From: Paraspadella gotoi
Taxonomy: Eukaryota; Animalia; Chaetognatha
NCBI GenBank assembly: GCA_051294375.1
Contig: JBJCIZ010000947.1
Span: forward strand, 1 to 37,538
Length of the DNA stretch: 37,538 nucleotides
Direction of reading: 5' to 3'
Both the position numbers and the translations under genes were made by a program. Positions within the stretch are counted from its first letter, which is position 1. The number at the start of each line of letters is the position of its first letter. This document shows positions 35,488-37,538 of the stretch, piece by piece. The notes under the pieces are model-generated. The model was not told the DNA's origin. It did not search any database and was given only the letters and a program-made list of their open reading frames with translations.

Positions 35488-36174
35488 TCTCTCTCACTTC
35501 TATCTGTTATCTTTCTCTTGTTATAACATTTCATTTATTCACTCTCTTATTACTGTTTACTCTTCTATACAACTCGCCCTTTTCTCGATATGATAGATTG
35601 GTCTACTCACTCCTCATTCTCATCCTTACTCGTCATCTCTCATGCTATCGCTCATTCTCATCCTCAGCGTCTCTCTCTGGTGTCTTCTATTTTCACTAGA
35701 ATCTCTACTTGAGCTCGTTTGCACAAAAATTCCTGCTCTTTCAGATCTGCCTACTTTTTAAGAATCATCAGCATAACGCAAGACGTCTCGTGATTCATGT
35801 ATCAGAGAAGTTCCTACAGAAAGCTGCAAAGACCAAATAGCTGTATGAATAGCGTCTGCCAGAAGAACCTACATGCATTCGGCAGAGTATTCGGGGAAGC
35901 GAAAGAATCACCAAATTTTTTTCTATCAGACTTAGTCTCGTGCCCTTCTTTGTGCTCTCGTCTCTCTCTCTTCTCATATCTCTCTCTCTTTATCCCTCTC
36001 TCTCCCACTCTTTTTTCTTTTCTCATCCTCTACCCCTTCCCTACGTCAAATCTCTCTTTCTTTCAAACTCGCTCTTTCCCCTGCTATCTCCGTGGGGTCT
36101 TTTCTTCCTCATCTCTATCTACTATCTCATATCTTTCCTCCATCTCATCTCTCTCTCTCGGTGCTCTCTGTTCA

Positions 36175-36221
<47 letters not shown>

Positions 36222-36504
36222 ATCGTCTCTCCTCGTCATCTTCTTCCACCTCTGTTCGTGTCGCGTTTTCTGTTTTCCTTTCTACCGTTTCCTCGAGATA
36301 TTTTGGTTTTCAACTGTTGTTTTGTTTTTCCTTTTGATTTTTTTTTTCGCTGTTTTTTTTTTAGGGCTTAAAAATTCTCGCTCCGTTAAAAAAAAGTCCT
36401 TTTTTTCGACTGTCAACAAATATAACAACGTCCCGTATGTTCCGTACGTCCGTCTTCTTGGAAATACTCTTAAAATTTATACTCAATTTTAAAAATTTTC
36501 TTCA

Positions 36505-36952
36505 ATGAAATTGGAACAACCAAATATAAAATTATCCATTATTAATAAATAACTGATCTTGCCCCTGACTTTGAACAGGCCTTTGGTGCGTTTAAGGCCT
36601 GCCATCACTCTTACAAGATGTAATGACCATAGCAAGGTCCCTGCAAACTTTCAATCAAGACTCTCTCACAAAAGTATCTGGCTTTCCCTCCCTATTCAAT
36701 GAAATGTATACATAATTTCTATTAGAATGTTTCAATTTTACTTACTTCACTCCCTTGTGGATGTGAGGCCTGAATGAGCTGAAGACAACTATCCAAATCT
36801 TGCTTTGACCCCTCAGCTTGAGTGTTTTCTACACCCCTTGGCGGTATACGGTCGTTCCTCAGCGGTTTCCGCTCCGCTAGGGAATGCGAAAGTTGCCAAT
36901 GCCGGTCCCTAACCTTGTCCTGAGGCTTAGCGCTTTAAACCCAATGAGCCGA
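36505..36952 (-). mobile_element. Diverged copy of the SINE-like family
   Basis: atgaaattggaacaaccaaatataaaattatccatt...cttgcccctgac...gcttgagtgttttc...gctttaaacccaatgagcc is collinear with 15235-15630. Confidence 0.7.
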
Positions 36953-37538
36953 AAGGCGTCTCAATTGGATCTTCTCACCTGGCCTGTCTGTCTCTCTCTC
37001 TCTCTCTCTGCCCTCTCTCTCTCGTCTCCTCTCTCTCCCTCTCTCTCTCTCTCTCTCTTTTCCGTCTTCTCCTATCCTTTTCTCTCCTCACGCGCAAAGT
37101 GCCATCCGGTCCGAATCGGGAGTCAAAACTCTCGCGTCGCAGAAATTCTGAGAAATCAGTTCAAGGACGAAGAAGAGGAATGGAGAGGATGAGGGGGGGA
37201 AGAGAAAACGGGGGAGAGGTGACGAGGGGAGAGGAGGGAGAAAGAGATGAAAAGAAAAAAAAGGAAAGAGTGAGAAGGAAGAAGAAGAAGGAAAAGAGGG
37301 AGAGGAGAAAAAAAAAGAGAAGAAGAAGGAAAAGAGCATAAGGAGAGATCAAAGTAGTATAAGGAAGGAAAGAGAAAGGAGTAGGCAGTAGAAGAAAAGA
37401 AAAAGAAGAACGAGAAAAAATTTAAAGAAGAAGGAGAAAAGAGATGAGAAATAGAGAAAGAGGGAAAAGAAGAGAAAAAAGTGGATGATGGGCGTTTGGC
37501 GGGAATGGGAGGAAGGAGAGCAGCGAAGAGCGAAGGAA

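Overview
Repeat-rich, AT-rich eukaryotic draft-assembly sequence (probably an invertebrate animal; inference) with many N gaps and stretches of indel-noisy, long-read-like sequence. No protein-coding gene can be called with confidence; almost all listed ORFs are microsatellite, minisatellite or N-gap artefacts. Large-scale structure: (1) ~12-10652 is mirrored as an inverted duplicate at 11342-19525 across a 100-N join; (2) ~17777-21540 is a noisy direct duplicate of 21940-28403 across a 25-N gap. Both are most simply explained as two haplotypes co-assembled, and comparing copies exposes presence/absence insertions. The most notable feature is a ~2.5 kb foldback-like element (5378-7918) whose ~350 bp inverted termini each carry an outward-facing Penelope-type minimal hammerhead motif plus AATAAA, enclosing oppositely oriented ~16-nt minisatellite arrays. 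Also present: a Tc1/mariner-type MITE, a ~400 bp SINE-like family (three long copies and a 26-nt fragment), a tRNA-like sequence, a (ATC)n-tailed insertion with target-site duplication, a 2.2 kb indel with symmetric subterminal motifs, and several hairpins and minisatellites.
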